A DNA stretch of 64,000 bases from the human T2T-CHM13v2.0 reference genome, Homo sapiens. Positions 13,260 to 25,978 of the stretch are shown piece by piece. The translations under genes were made by a program, and so were the position numbers. Location of the stretch: assembly GCF_009914755.1 (NCBI RefSeq), contig NC_060930.1. One strand, 5' to 3'. The first letter of the stretch is position 1. Every line of letters starts with the position of its first letter. The notes beneath the pieces are model-generated. The model was not told where the DNA came from. It did no database searches and saw only the letters and a program-made list of their open reading frames with translations.

Positions 13260-14519
13260 CTAAAAGTATAACTATGAAATGAAGAAGGCAAGAAACAATA
13301 ATATACATCATTATGTCCAAATTGATTTTTATAACCGAAAGACACTTTGATGCCTACTGCAGACTTATCATATTGCATGCAAAGTCAGATCAGAATAAGT
13401 CAAGCAAACAAAAAATTCCAAATGAAACCATGTCAGTAGAGAAAATCCTATCTCCTAAAAGAACACCGAATACAGGCAATCCCTATAGGCTTTTATATGA
13501 CATCCCACTTCCACCTGGCAGTGAGTTTCCTAACCAGTGAGTGGCAACTCAGCAATGTCACAAAAATTCTCAATAGCAATTTTTTCATTAAAATGTCAAT
13601 GGAAAAGACAAAAACTCTAACTCAAGCAAACTTCTGAACGTGAAAATATCCAGATATGAAACTTTATAGCAAGAAGTGACTCAAAATCAACAAAATTAAT
13701 TTAAAAGATATTTTTGACCATATGTAATCGCTCTTTGGCCTGTTCCTAAAAGCAAAGTAACAAAGCTGCTTAATTTTAATATTTGTTTTGTTTAAATTCC
13801 TTTAAGTATAAAAAGTTTATTAACCAAAAATAATTCACACAGGAAAGTATAAAGGAAACAGAAATAGCACACAATTCAATCTAGCAGATTTATCTTCATC
13901 ATTGGCTTTAAAAACAAAAGTAGAACACACATAAAAAATTCCAACTGTTCAGAAGGGCATAAAATGAAAAGTAAAAATCGTCCTCTTCCTCTCACCACTA
14001 TTCATCTTAGTCTTTTCTAAAATTGTCTTAAAATTTTTAATATATTCATCCAGAAACCCATGTTTATATTTGTGCCCACATTTACATGTACTCACCTACC
14101 CTTGCACAAGCATTTTTCTGTTCTTCCACTTAAAAACATAATGCAGAAACTATACAATTCTAACGTTAGAATTCTGTTATAAAAAATGGAAACATTATTT
14201 TTATGATTGCCTCATTACATTTTGTAATAAGCATTATTTTGAAATAAATCCACCAATTGCATGTGGCTTGTTTCAAGTCCCTGTAACTAATTCAAATGAC
14301 TTATAAAGACATCGAAATATCCACAGATATGACATCCAAATATCTACAAAAAGTGAAGGAGAGTTCTTCAGATAATTCTATGTAGGCCCCATGAAAAATG
14401 GAATGAATAAAATTGCAAAAGCCCTTAAAAAAGAGACAATTCAGATAAAATCAAAGCTAATTATAAGACTTAAAATTTGTTTTATAAACTACTATTTAAA
14501 GCAATCTAAAAAAACCTAC

Positions 14520-14540
14520 CTTCATTTACCACTGCTAAGA
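14520..14540 (-). other. Candidate 21-nt micro-exon TCTTAGCAGTGGTAAATGAAG
   Basis: Branch-like cctaat, tract ttctatatctttctatattcag, donor AAG|gtaggt. Open only in phase 1 (xLAVVNEx). Confidence 0.35.
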
Positions 14541-17139
14541 CTGAATATAGAAAGATATAGAAATTAGGTAAGAGATATAAATTTTTAAAAAATTGATAGT
14601 CTAACATTCACATCCATTTTGTATCATAATTACATGAAAATAAATAAAACTCTCTTCCCAAAAAGTTTTATTTGAATTTTCAAAAAACAACTGAAGTTAG
14701 ATTGATGTCTCAATTTTATACTTGGTTTTGAAATCTCTTCAAATTGAAATTTTAACATCTGCCTACTTTATCTGAACATATTTTAAATATTTTTAATTAA
14801 AATAATTCATAATTCTGTTTATTTTTAATTCTTCAAAAACATCCTAATTCTGTTTATTTTCATGAATAAAAATCTATTTCTTTATTTCAACATATTCTAA
14901 CCCCAAATCAAAATTTTATCTATCAAAAATTACATTTTAGCTTAGAGATATAAATCTTATGATTCCCACTTTAATTCTTCTACAACACAATCTACCTCAT
15001 AGGAGAAAAAATATTCTCTAACTAAATCTGCAAATTTTTTATTATTAAATCAGAGTTGCTGATCAAGGCATCTTAGACCTCTGTCTCAAATTTTGTCAAT
15101 ACCAATAACCTGACTTATGATGGAGTAAAAGTCAAACTTCTAAGTTGGCACTCATATTAAGAAATGCTTGAGGGGGGGAAGTTAATTTAAATTAATATTC
15201 TAATAGGTGAGGCTACCTCTGCCAGAGAAGAATATACCTCTTCAGTTGAAAGAGATTCCTGAAATTTACAATAAAGAGACTTCATCGAAAATAAAAACAC
15301 TGCATAGCAGAGTAGTTTTAGGAAGCAGATTACGTGCATTTGATCTGCATAGTTCAGAAAGAGATTTTGAAATATCTTTCATGATTAGGAACGACTTGCC
15401 CTTACTGCTTGAATACAAGTGCATTTGAAAGTCAACATTTGCTTTTAAATGTGCTTATCTTTTTCTCTCCCTTGCCTGTCTCTCTGGAAGCCAGATCCAG
15501 CAGCTCCCTCTTATCCCTGCAACCACTGCTGTCCAGGACCACAATGAGGAAGGAAACTACAATAGGTCAAATTATTCTACCAACTCGACTCCCCTAGACC
15601 CATTCACCATTATGAGTCCTGACAACTTCTTATGACTAATATCATCATTTGTAGTCAATGAAATTGATTATTTCATCACCTTCAAAGCTCTACAAAAAGA
15701 AGACCAAGAGATGTATGGGCAGTTGGAGGTGATTTGTCTTTTACAATTTACAGAAGTGATAAAGAAATTTAGCAGAAAAAAGAAACAATTTAACAGTAAG
15801 TTATGAGGTTTCTGTCATAGAGCAAATTGAATCACTGTGTGTTTACAACAAATCCCATACTAGTTCTGCCTAATTACATGACAAAATATTTCCAATTTCG
15901 ACTCAACCTCAGACAAATTCCCTGGTGTATCTTTACTGGCTGCATTCTTGAGCAACTTAGAGACTATTTGCTCTGTATTTGCAATGAACCATATGTTTTG
16001 GGTGATTTGTCATCATAGCTTAAAACATCAATATCCTTCTCTTCTCTTGAGTAGAATTGTGAGTTGAGAGAAAATCTCTAACATCAAAAAAGCAGTATTG
16101 TTTACTAAATCTGAATGTCTCTGTCAATTAAGAATAAAACACAGTGACCAAAAAAGAAAAACTTTTCCCACTTGTACATCCATTTCCCCCTCTCACCTGT
16201 TTCCTCTTTGGGAAACTCTTCTCTCAGGTTTAGATTTGTTCTAGAAAATCAGCCCTTAGCTTCATTCCTTTGCCTTTTCTCCTTTTTTGCCCTGAGTGAA
16301 AAATTCTTCTGGAAAACGACATTTTATGCCTGAATTGATAGCTGAAGCTTTTAATTCTAACATTTCAATACATGGACTAAGGGAGATTATATATGTGTCT
16401 TGTGTTTCATGGACTTAGGGTTGTGATAATTTAGGTCTAGATTGCTGATAATATTGGGGCATTATACAATATATAGTCTGACAGTGGCCATAAAATGGAC
16501 ATTTGTTACTGCACTGTGCTTCGTGTTGCTTAACGGTGTCCACAAATATTTGCAAAACATAAAGAATATTGATATTTTAATGATGCAGTAGGATTACATC
16601 AAATAAAAAGCACTTTAGCTATAGCTGTGTGACAGCAAAATTTACTGCACAACAATGGCAACAGAATTTAAATGAAAAGTTCTATGGAAAAGAATAGCCT
16701 GCTTTTTCTAGGCTTATACGTGTGTGTGTTTTTATTGGTGTGCTAAATTGATTCTATGCAGTAAATGGCATCATTGCTTTTACATAGCATTTTGATAATT
16801 TCCAGATGGCTCGTGTTTTCATTTTGCATTGGAACATGGAATCATTTTCCAAAGTTTTAAAATGTGACATAGTTGTGAGTCTAAACCTACATAAACACCA
16901 TGACTATGTGAAAACCTTTTTTCCATATAAATGTAACATTTACAGACATATTCTCTATTAACTGTACAAAATCACTTTATGCCTAAAACTAACTTATTGT
17001 TGGTGATGGTGATGACCTTAATGAAGATAGTCATTGATGAGCAAACTATTTTGCCTTCTACCTGTTCACTAATATTCCTTCAACCAAAGCTAAAACTTCA
17101 GTGTTTCTTTGCTTCGTTTTTCTCTTTCCCTTCAGAATC

Positions 17140-17620
17140 ATCAGTCTCAAAGGAATGTTGCCAAGGTGTCTGATTTCCCAGAAGCCCACTTCCACAGCCC
17201 ATCATTTGATATTAAACCGCAGTGTTTCTTCTGCCCACCCTGTTGGTGGTGATCCCATTTCAGCTCAGTGCATAGCCTGCATTGCCACCCATTCTCCGCA
17301 TGTCTACCCCCAAAGATCTTGTGTTGCAGACAGCTTTGCCACAGGATAGGCAGTCTGGCTGAGATCCAGAAGCACATTGTGGGTGATCCTGCTTTGTGTT
17401 TCATGTTAAGTACGGCTGGTAGACGATGCTGAGGGAATGGCTCAAGATGCCAGATGTGACATCTAGTGAAGGTTGGATACGATCGTCATGCCAGAGAATT
17501 TCCATTTGGTGTGGAACTGGATGCCATGTTGGTTTCTCGCAGTCTTCTGTTTTGCAGAGGCTCATTGCCAATGTTCTCGATGTGATTATCTTTGCTGAGG
17601 AAACTGAATTAATCCGGGTA
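17140..17620 (-). mobile_element. Ancient RTE-type LINE relic (L4-like)
   Basis: Minus translation ...RLCTELKWDHHQQGGQKKH resembles the RTE/L4 C-terminal motif LLYGEL..G.R..GGQKKR. Frameshifted. Confidence 0.6.
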
Positions 17621-20119
17621 GCAAAATTCATACTGTCTCTAATATGCAAATTAATATCATTTGTTCCATATCTGCATTTTAAGTCATAAAAAACATGTTT
17701 CCAACAAACCAAAAACATTCCTTCAACTAATATTGCTTTATGCTGAGACCTGTGCTCAGCATAAGGATAAAGTGGAGAGTAGGACAACCTGTAGACTTAC
17801 CACTAAATTGGGTCTGTATTTTTTCCCTTCTTCAATGAATTGCTTTGGCATTATAAACCTGATTCCAGAACAGTCTTTAATTGTGCTATTGATGGAAATG
17901 CCACCGTTTTGGATATATGCCAGTATTATGCTATAACCTTAGACTGACTAAAAATACTGTGCAGCTAATTAATTAAACCATATCTCTTCCTGTTTAGAGT
18001 GTGGTTTGTTGCAATACCTAAATGTAGTCTTGTAAATATTCAAACTGAAAGTCTCTCACAGAACAAAATATTTTACTTTCTAATTCACCGCTTCCCATGC
18101 CACCTACAAAACATAGATGTTCATACACATATGCATACATATACACAAATCTACTTTCTTCCCTAGAAGTAACCTCAATTGGTCATTTGGTTTGTGTCTT
18201 GTGTTTACATATATATATGTTCATATCACAATTATATTTCATGACTTTTTTGTATACATGCGAATACTACTATTGTTTCATGCATTGTTCACTTAAAAAT
18301 GTGTCTTAGAAATCTTGCCAAGTAAATGTGTGTTAAGTCTACCACTTTCTTTTCAACCACTGAATAATATTCTTTACTACAGATGGACAATATTGGATGT
18401 AACCCAGGCCTCCACTGATCTATCATGGTACTATTTCTCATTTAGAAGGAATAATACTTTATTGCCAATTTTTTTTTCTATTTAAAGGAATTTCTGTGGA
18501 AAAGCTACACCATACATATGATCTCCATTTTCAATATGCTATTCTTTTTCATTTGTAGTGTTTGAAATGTATCAAAGCTCCATAAGAGAATTCTGGGTCT
18601 AATTCTCTCTGGAGTCTTCTCTGAAGTACTCATTGCTTGAAGGCATAAGTTTCAAGTTATATATTTGGTGGCAACAGTAATCTCCAAAGTACTTCACGCT
18701 TTGCATTTTTTAAGATAATTATTTAGTTTATAGCATTACATGCCCAGCACTGAAATTTAAAAACTGTACTTTGGAGCTATAAACCAAGTGACCTGTAAAT
18801 CTTTATTTAGATGACTTGGAGAAGGTCATGTCTCATAAAATCTGAGAATATTAGTACAATTTGTTATTCACTTGATTGAATTTTGAAAATCTAGTCTCAA
18901 TAGGAATAGAGGATGGATCAAGATTAAATCTGTGTGCTTTGATTATAACCTTCAGAGACAAGACATAAAATTTGTCCCTTCAAATTCCTTTTTGGTGAAG
19001 ATATCAACAAATATCAATGGAAAATAATATATTTGTGGATTGTGATAATGATGTGGTCCAAATAACTCAGAGCAGCAATTTCATCCACACTTCCAGTTAC
19101 TAGTTGAATTTTGTCCCCTAACAGAGATGATAAGTTGCTCAAAATCACTATTTTTTTGAAATCTCTCTCAGGTTGTAAGCTTTCTGACATTCTATTAATA
19201 CAAAGTATGTCAGCACACACATACGTGCTGATGCCATTTCAAAGAATGGGCATATTACTGGTTTTTGAGAATTTCTAAGTTGAATATTGTCATTTTTATT
19301 ATCTCATGCCTCTTTTTAAAGGATCACCTAATTGAATTTAAGTTCTCCACATATCTCTACACATTTAACCAAGTTCTGCATAAATCAGTATGCTTAATTT
19401 CGATAGTATACAGGATTGCTTTTGCAAAGATTTTAGACTAAAGAATAAGCCCCTGACTGTCTATGAAGCACATTAGAGGCCAAGAGCTTTGGGCATAATT
19501 ATTGCTGACTCAGGAGTATTGGCTTTTTCCTTAACCCCTGCTCAGGTTAACCAATATTCTGGCTTTGTCCTTTCTACTCTCACAGACCTAATCCAAATGT
19601 TATCCCAGCACACCAAATTCTTAGCAGAAACTGAAGGGGAGCTCATTGTCCAACAATGGTAAATATTCAATTCCATCCCCTTTGTTCCTGGGTTTAGGAG
19701 GTGAAAGAGTGAGTCAACCGGAGAAGCAGAATTTTATATTTATTAATGCAACCTCTATCAGCACGGTGAGAAAAGTAATCATTCAGCCTCGGGAATGTTT
19801 GCCTGCTTCTACAGGCTAAATGCTGGCACTCTGCCTGTCTCAGCCTTTCTCAAGCAGCTCACAATACTGCTGCTGCCTCTGTGGCCCCATCAAAGGATGT
19901 CTAGGGGTCTGTTCATTTCAAACAAATCAAACTATCCATACTTCATGCTATCATCTCATGTGATAAAGTCTAATGTCTTCAGTTCCTCTGTAACACATAA
20001 TTTTTCTTTGGCTTCTTCAATTTTCCATTATTTTCACTACAATAGTAGATATTAAATTTTATGGCCTATTTTTACCCAAAACCTGTATGAAAAGAGTGTA
20101 TCAAAACTAACGGCCAACT

Positions 20120-20850
20120 AAAATGAGATACCAGTTCACACCCCTAGAATACTTAAAATTAAAAAGACTGACAATACCAAGTGTTGGCAAAGATGTGGAG
20201 CCATTGGAACTCTCATCCATGACTGGTAGAAATGTAAATTGGTTAAGCTACTTTGAAAAATAATTTGACAGTTTTCTACAAAGTTAAGTATGTACTTTTC
20301 ATATGATCCAACAGTCCTCCTCCTTGGTATTTACTCCCTAGAAATGAAAACATATGCCTACAACAAAAACTATGTCAAAATATATAGATCAACTTTATTC
20401 AGAATAACCCAAAGCTAGACTCGCTCCACTGTTCAACAGCAGGTGAGCTGATGAATAAGCAAATTATGGTATATCCTACAATAGAATCCTACTTGGTAAT
20501 ATGTAGAAGCAAACTACTGATACACACAACATGAGTAAATCTCAAAAATATTTTGCTGGACAAAATAAGACAGACACAAAAAAGTACAGATTGTATGATT
20601 CCATTTACATGAAATTCTGGTAAAACTGGAAAAACTAATTTACAGAAAGCAGATCAGTTTTTGCATGGGGCCAGGGTAGGGAGTGTATTGACTGCTAAGG
20701 AATACAGGAAAATCTAGGGGAGCAATGGAAATGTTTTATAGCTTGATTGTGGTGTAGTTACACGGATATATGTAATTGTCAGGCTTAACGGAATTGTATA
20801 TGAGTACATTTTATTGGATATATTATACCTCAGTAAAGCCGATTTTAAAA
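20120..20850 (+). mobile_element. Old L1M (L1MB-ME-type) ORF2 end and 3'UTR
   Basis: AATGAGATACCA...AAAAAGACTGACAATACCAAGTGTTGG, ending TATTATACCTCAGTAAAG. Confidence 0.8.
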
Positions 20851-21705
20851 AAACTAAATGGCCAGACATTAAGAAAGAGAATTCCTAAATCTGTCAAGAT
20901 GAGCCTGAAATGAATAAACAAAGAGCAATTCACACTGCTATAAGGAGTATACTTTAGCAAAATTTGGGGGAAACAATTAGGTTCAGAGATGTTTATATCT
21001 TCAAGCCAGTAATCCCACTTCTAGAAACACATCTTAAGAACATTATGGGATCATTAGAAAAGGACGTATGTAGGAAAATGTTAACTTTGGTAGCAAAAAT
21101 AAGCATTATTTACAGTAGCAGGAGTAAAAATTTACAAAGGAATCATCCCAATGCCCAACAATAGGAAAATGATTATGAAAATTTTAACACAACTCAATAA
21201 AAGATTATTCAATGATTAAAAACATTGAAGATCAGGTAGCAGTGTGAAAAATGACCATCATATAATGTTAAAGAATACAAAATTGTGTCTATGCAATACA
21301 TATCTCAGATATTTTGTTCACATATGACACGAATTGAAGGGAAACATGGAAAAATAAATAGTTATATTTGTAGAGGTAGAAAGAGAAGCCGTTTACTTTC
21401 TTCTGTTAATGTTATCATGTTATTCTTAGAACAAATAATGAATAATTGTTAGATGACCCAGAAGTGCATTTTTTGTGTCCTAACATGATTGCAAGCTACT
21501 CTATGGGCTGCATGCTGCTCTGACACCTGGGAAAGGGACAAATCAATGTACCCAGTGGAGTGGAGGGGACAGTATTCATCTGTAAACGAGAATGAACATA
21601 AGCCATGCTTTTCTCTTTACAAACTTGAAGTCCATACTTATTTATCTCTCTCAAGCTTTTTGTTTCTTTCATTTTCACCTCTATCATTTATGATTTAATA
21701 GCAAT

Positions 21706-22405
21706 TGCATTAGGTTTTGTAGCTGCATAACAAATTACATCAAATTTACCAGCTTAAAAAGCTCATACTTATTATCTCAGAGTTTCCATAAGTTAGAAGT
21801 CCAGGCATGGCTTAGCTGGTCCTCTGCTCAGAGTCATGCAAGGTGGCAATCTAGGTGTAGACCATACTGTGTTTCCCCAAGCTCTCATAGCTGTTGGCAG
21901 AATTAATATTTTTTGGATTGTAGGACTGAGGTCCCTTCTTTCTGGCTGGTTGTTATATAAGACTGCTCTCAGCAACTAAAGGCTCCATCAGTTCCCAGTA
22001 ATGTAGCTCTCTCACAGGCCCCATTGCAACACTGAGGCTGACTTCCATAATGCTAGCAGAAGCATCTGTCTTTTCAGAAAGGGTCCAATCCCTCTTTTAA
22101 AGGCTTTCATTTGAATAAATTGGGTCCACCCAAGATAACCTCCCTTTGAATCAACTGACTTGGGTCCTTAATTACACCTGCAAGTTTGAATAAATTTTAT
22201 TTAAATAAAGTGAACCCACCCAAGATAATCTCCCACAATCAACTAATTTGGGTCCATAATTACATCTGCAAAATTTTGTAATCATGAGAGTGGCCCTCCA
22301 TCATAATCATAGGTCCTGTTTACTCTCAAGGAGAGGGGATTATACAGGGTGTAGGCGCCAGCAGGTGGAAATCTTGGGTTTCATCTTAGAATTCTGCCTG
22401 CCATT
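21706..22405 (-). mobile_element. MLT1D/E-type MaLR solo LTR
   Basis: Antisense MLT1 termini (TGCATTAG...ATCTTAGAATTCTGCCTGCCA). 5-bp TSD-like GCAAT/GTAAT. Confidence 0.8.
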
Positions 22406-22548
22406 GTAATTGATATTTATTATATTTACTTATTTATATTATTATGTTTACATATTACTTATATTTACTATGGTAAAAAGGGGATTCCCACAGAGATTGA
22501 ACCTAACCTCATATGTGTCCACTACAATTTCTAAAAGTATTGCCTGAA

Positions 22549-22559
22549 ACACACACATA

Positions 22560-22602
<43 letters not shown>
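22549..22602. repeat. (CA)n microsatellite
   Basis: Direct reading. Confidence 0.95.
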
Positions 22603-22603
<1 letters not shown>

Positions 22604-25600
22604 CGATAATAATAGAAAATGCTGTCCTTGCAAGGCTGGCGTACCCGTAAGAAGAGAAGCCACTAACCTTCATATGAAAACATAACTGGCCTCCAGGGAG
22701 CTCACCATTTCCTTCATTTAAGTGATATATTCTTAGGTTAAGATAAGGGTAATTAATATGAGCAGGAATTCCTCCAGTTCCTTTTCCATGTCAGTGACAG
22801 ACATCACTATTAGATTACAGCATTCTTTTACACTGAGTCCAGACATGGCTTCAGAATTCTCAGCATAGCTCTTCAGAATCCACATAAATAAGTAGCAGTT
22901 GACACATGAGATTAAATCTACTTACCACCCCTGGTTTAAAATACTGTTTTCAGAAAGTGCCAATTAAACAACAAATTTGAGTGCCAGATATGAGTAAGGC
23001 ACTTCAAAGAACTTACACCCAAGTTCAGAAAAAAATAAAAATATTCATAATGTATTTTGTTTTGTTTTTATTCAAATTAGCACTCACTGAGGTTCTTGAA
23101 GAAAAATATATATTCCCTATCATTTAGATCACTAACTTAATTGACAGAAAAAAAAGTGGGAAAAGTTGCATTGTGCTTCTGAAAGCATATTTGAGAAGAG
23201 CAATGGAAAGACAGTTTTCTTATTTCTTATCATTTACCACCATAGGGCACTTCAGAATTTCCAAAGTGAATTTACAGTATGATATCACTTAATTCTTGAA
23301 ATAATGTTGCAATACAGGCATTATTATAATTTTCCCTTTAAGTTGGAGAGGTCAATATAGGTCAATCAGGGTCATACAGGTGACCACATCACTTGCCGAA
23401 AATAAAAGTATTCTCCGCAGATACAACCAGAATCAGTTTATTCTAGTTAAAACCACATTTACTGTCTGCCAAAGAATCAGCCTTGAGAAGCAGCTTTAAA
23501 AGAATTATTCAGCCTACAAGTAACATCAACTCAAACTGTGTTACATAATAAAGTATCTCATCTAACAGGAAGTCCAGACTGTTGTGTCAGTTATGTTAAC
23601 AAGGACTGAGGTCATTTCTGTCCATCTGTTCTGCTGCCCTCAGCAACCACTTCTTCCTAAAATTAGTTTCCTTCTCCCACTCTCCATGGCCTCCATACGG
23701 GAAGCCTCCTGCTCTCCCCAAACCCTCTCTGATTCATGCCTATCTGCTATCTGTCCACCCACCCTGAATCATTTTCTGCCTCTTCCTTATCCTCTCCATT
23801 TGACTATACCTTTTATCTTTAATGAGTTCTCACTCTTTCCAGTGGAAACATGATTTAGTCCTTTTCTGCTCCTGCTTGGATAAATAATTTCCATTTACAG
23901 GAATCAAAACATTATTTATTCTCAGCTATTGGGATGAGCAATATGCTCATGTATTTACATTCAGATACTAGAGCTATTCAAACTATCCAACTACCTACAG
24001 AATAAGCTTTTCAAAACTTAAGCACAGTTTCCAAAAACATAGAAACAAATTTTCCAAAGTCCACTCTTTCCTTTTTTACAATTTTTGCTAAATCTTTTTG
24101 AACATGTATCTAATAATAATTCCTTAGATGTGTAGAGTAATAGTCAACCCTTTTCAAACCACATAAAATAACTGATTTGAGCCTTACAACAATTCTACAG
24201 GGCTAGAAAAGTGTGTGCTCTGACCCCATTTATATCTGAGGCATTTCTTTGCTCTTACAGAGGCATGAGCATGATAAGCAGAACATCATAGACTCCTCTG
24301 CAAATTATCGCAACACGCAGTGAAAGCTTACATTTGCCAGGCATGATTAACTCAGTGATTACATTGAAGAACACAGAGTGGTAATATGCATTGTAGAGGA
24401 TGCTATAATATACATCTTTATTAACACATATTAATAATGTATTCATATCTATTTGTGATTAATATATTAGCTATAATATATAGTATAATCAATAATAAGT
24501 AGGTATATATTTCACAATACTTAAAGAGATTTGTAATTTACGATGCACTTTCACATCTGCTCTCCCATGGTACAGGCTGCCATGCTTGCTTTGTTCCCTG
24601 TGACCCTGCTACCTTAGCCAGCCCTGGTTATATTTGGAACCCCAGAGCCCATCAAATACTTTGGCAGGAGGAATAAATTCCCTCAGCTGTGTACCAAACT
24701 AGGTGACACCTCATCAACTGATGACGATCCCATGAGACATACAGTCAGAGGACTCACTGGTTAAAAATGAAGAGAGAGCAGATAGAAAAGGAAAAGGGAA
24801 AGGCTGAGCCGCAGAAATGTGCAACCAGTAGAGCTGCCATGTTATTCTGGAAGATGTTCCAGTCTTCGCTGGAACTCCAAACCTTCGCCTGGCTCTCCAA
24901 ACCTGAGGCAGCTTCTTGGCTTCCTTACTTTCTCATGGATCCTTAGAAACCCCCCACCATCTGAAGTCACAGAATTTGTTGTTCCTTGAAACTTGAAAAA
25001 GCCAACACACTGATTTTATGAAGTGAAATGTCATTAAACATTCTCTGGATTAATCGACAAAATCACATCTTTTTTCCCTTCTAAATGAGAAAGACAAAGG
25101 AAAAATAATAAAGATGGAATACTTTAGTATTAGGAGGAAATCATTTTATTTTCCTGAGCAGAATTATGTTTTCAATTATCACAGGGTTGAAAAATCTTCA
25201 GACTAGAAAAGAAAAAGTACTTTCAGTTTTCCCTCTTTCCCACCCTAATTAAATAAAATATATGTGCAAGGGACAGAGTAACACAATGTTTGCCATAAAT
25301 GAACCAAGCACATGACGTCTATGCAATTTAATAGATTGTTCAGTTCCATTTAGGTCACATTAGACTTTCATTTAAAATGCATCACGTTTTATTTATTATT
25401 TACAATTATACCACTAAATGCTGCTAAATGTACCAAGTCTAGATGGTGCCTGTAGCATGCAAGGGTCTGGGCCCAAAAACCAGGGTCACATAGACCTGGA
25501 AAGTGAGGCTTAATATCCACTGGCTTACAGAGTGAATGTTACTTTTCCAACACTATCCACTCTCTGAAACTGTGTTAGGATGAGAGAGTTAACTCCATTT

Positions 25601-25928
25601 TGTGAAACCATGTTTCAGGTTAAAGTCACCTTTAACAGTTTGCTGCCCCAGCAGGGGAATAAATAAATATAAGTAAATAAGAAAGAGGCATCTTGCAGCT
25701 TAAAAAAAAAAAAAAATTACACATTCCTCGTGTATGTTTTTCTTCATTTCTAATGAGTTGTATGTGTATTTGGAATGGGTGAAAAATGAATCAGGAAGCA
25801 ATGGTTCTTGCTATAAAGGAAGAAAAACATCACTTCCTATTGTGCCAGTTTCTAACAGATAATTAATCTATATATGTTGTTGCCACTTAGTAGTCTGTCT
25901 GACCCCAGGACAGCAGGCAGAGTCAATA

Positions 25929-25978
<50 letters not shown>
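25929..25978. repeat. (CT)n(CA)n compound microsatellite
   Basis: Direct reading. Confidence 0.95.

Noticed and set aside
23520-25010. Possible very old MLT1/LTR fragments (also ~33400-33830 and ~54900-55110) and a hAT relic at ~32285-32570
   Set aside because: Too diverged to name or delimit reliably by eye.
25645-25662. CTCF-like CCAGCAGGGGGAA (also AGGGGGCAGC at ~30024)
   Set aside because: Each lacks key core positions and cannot be supported without ChIP data.
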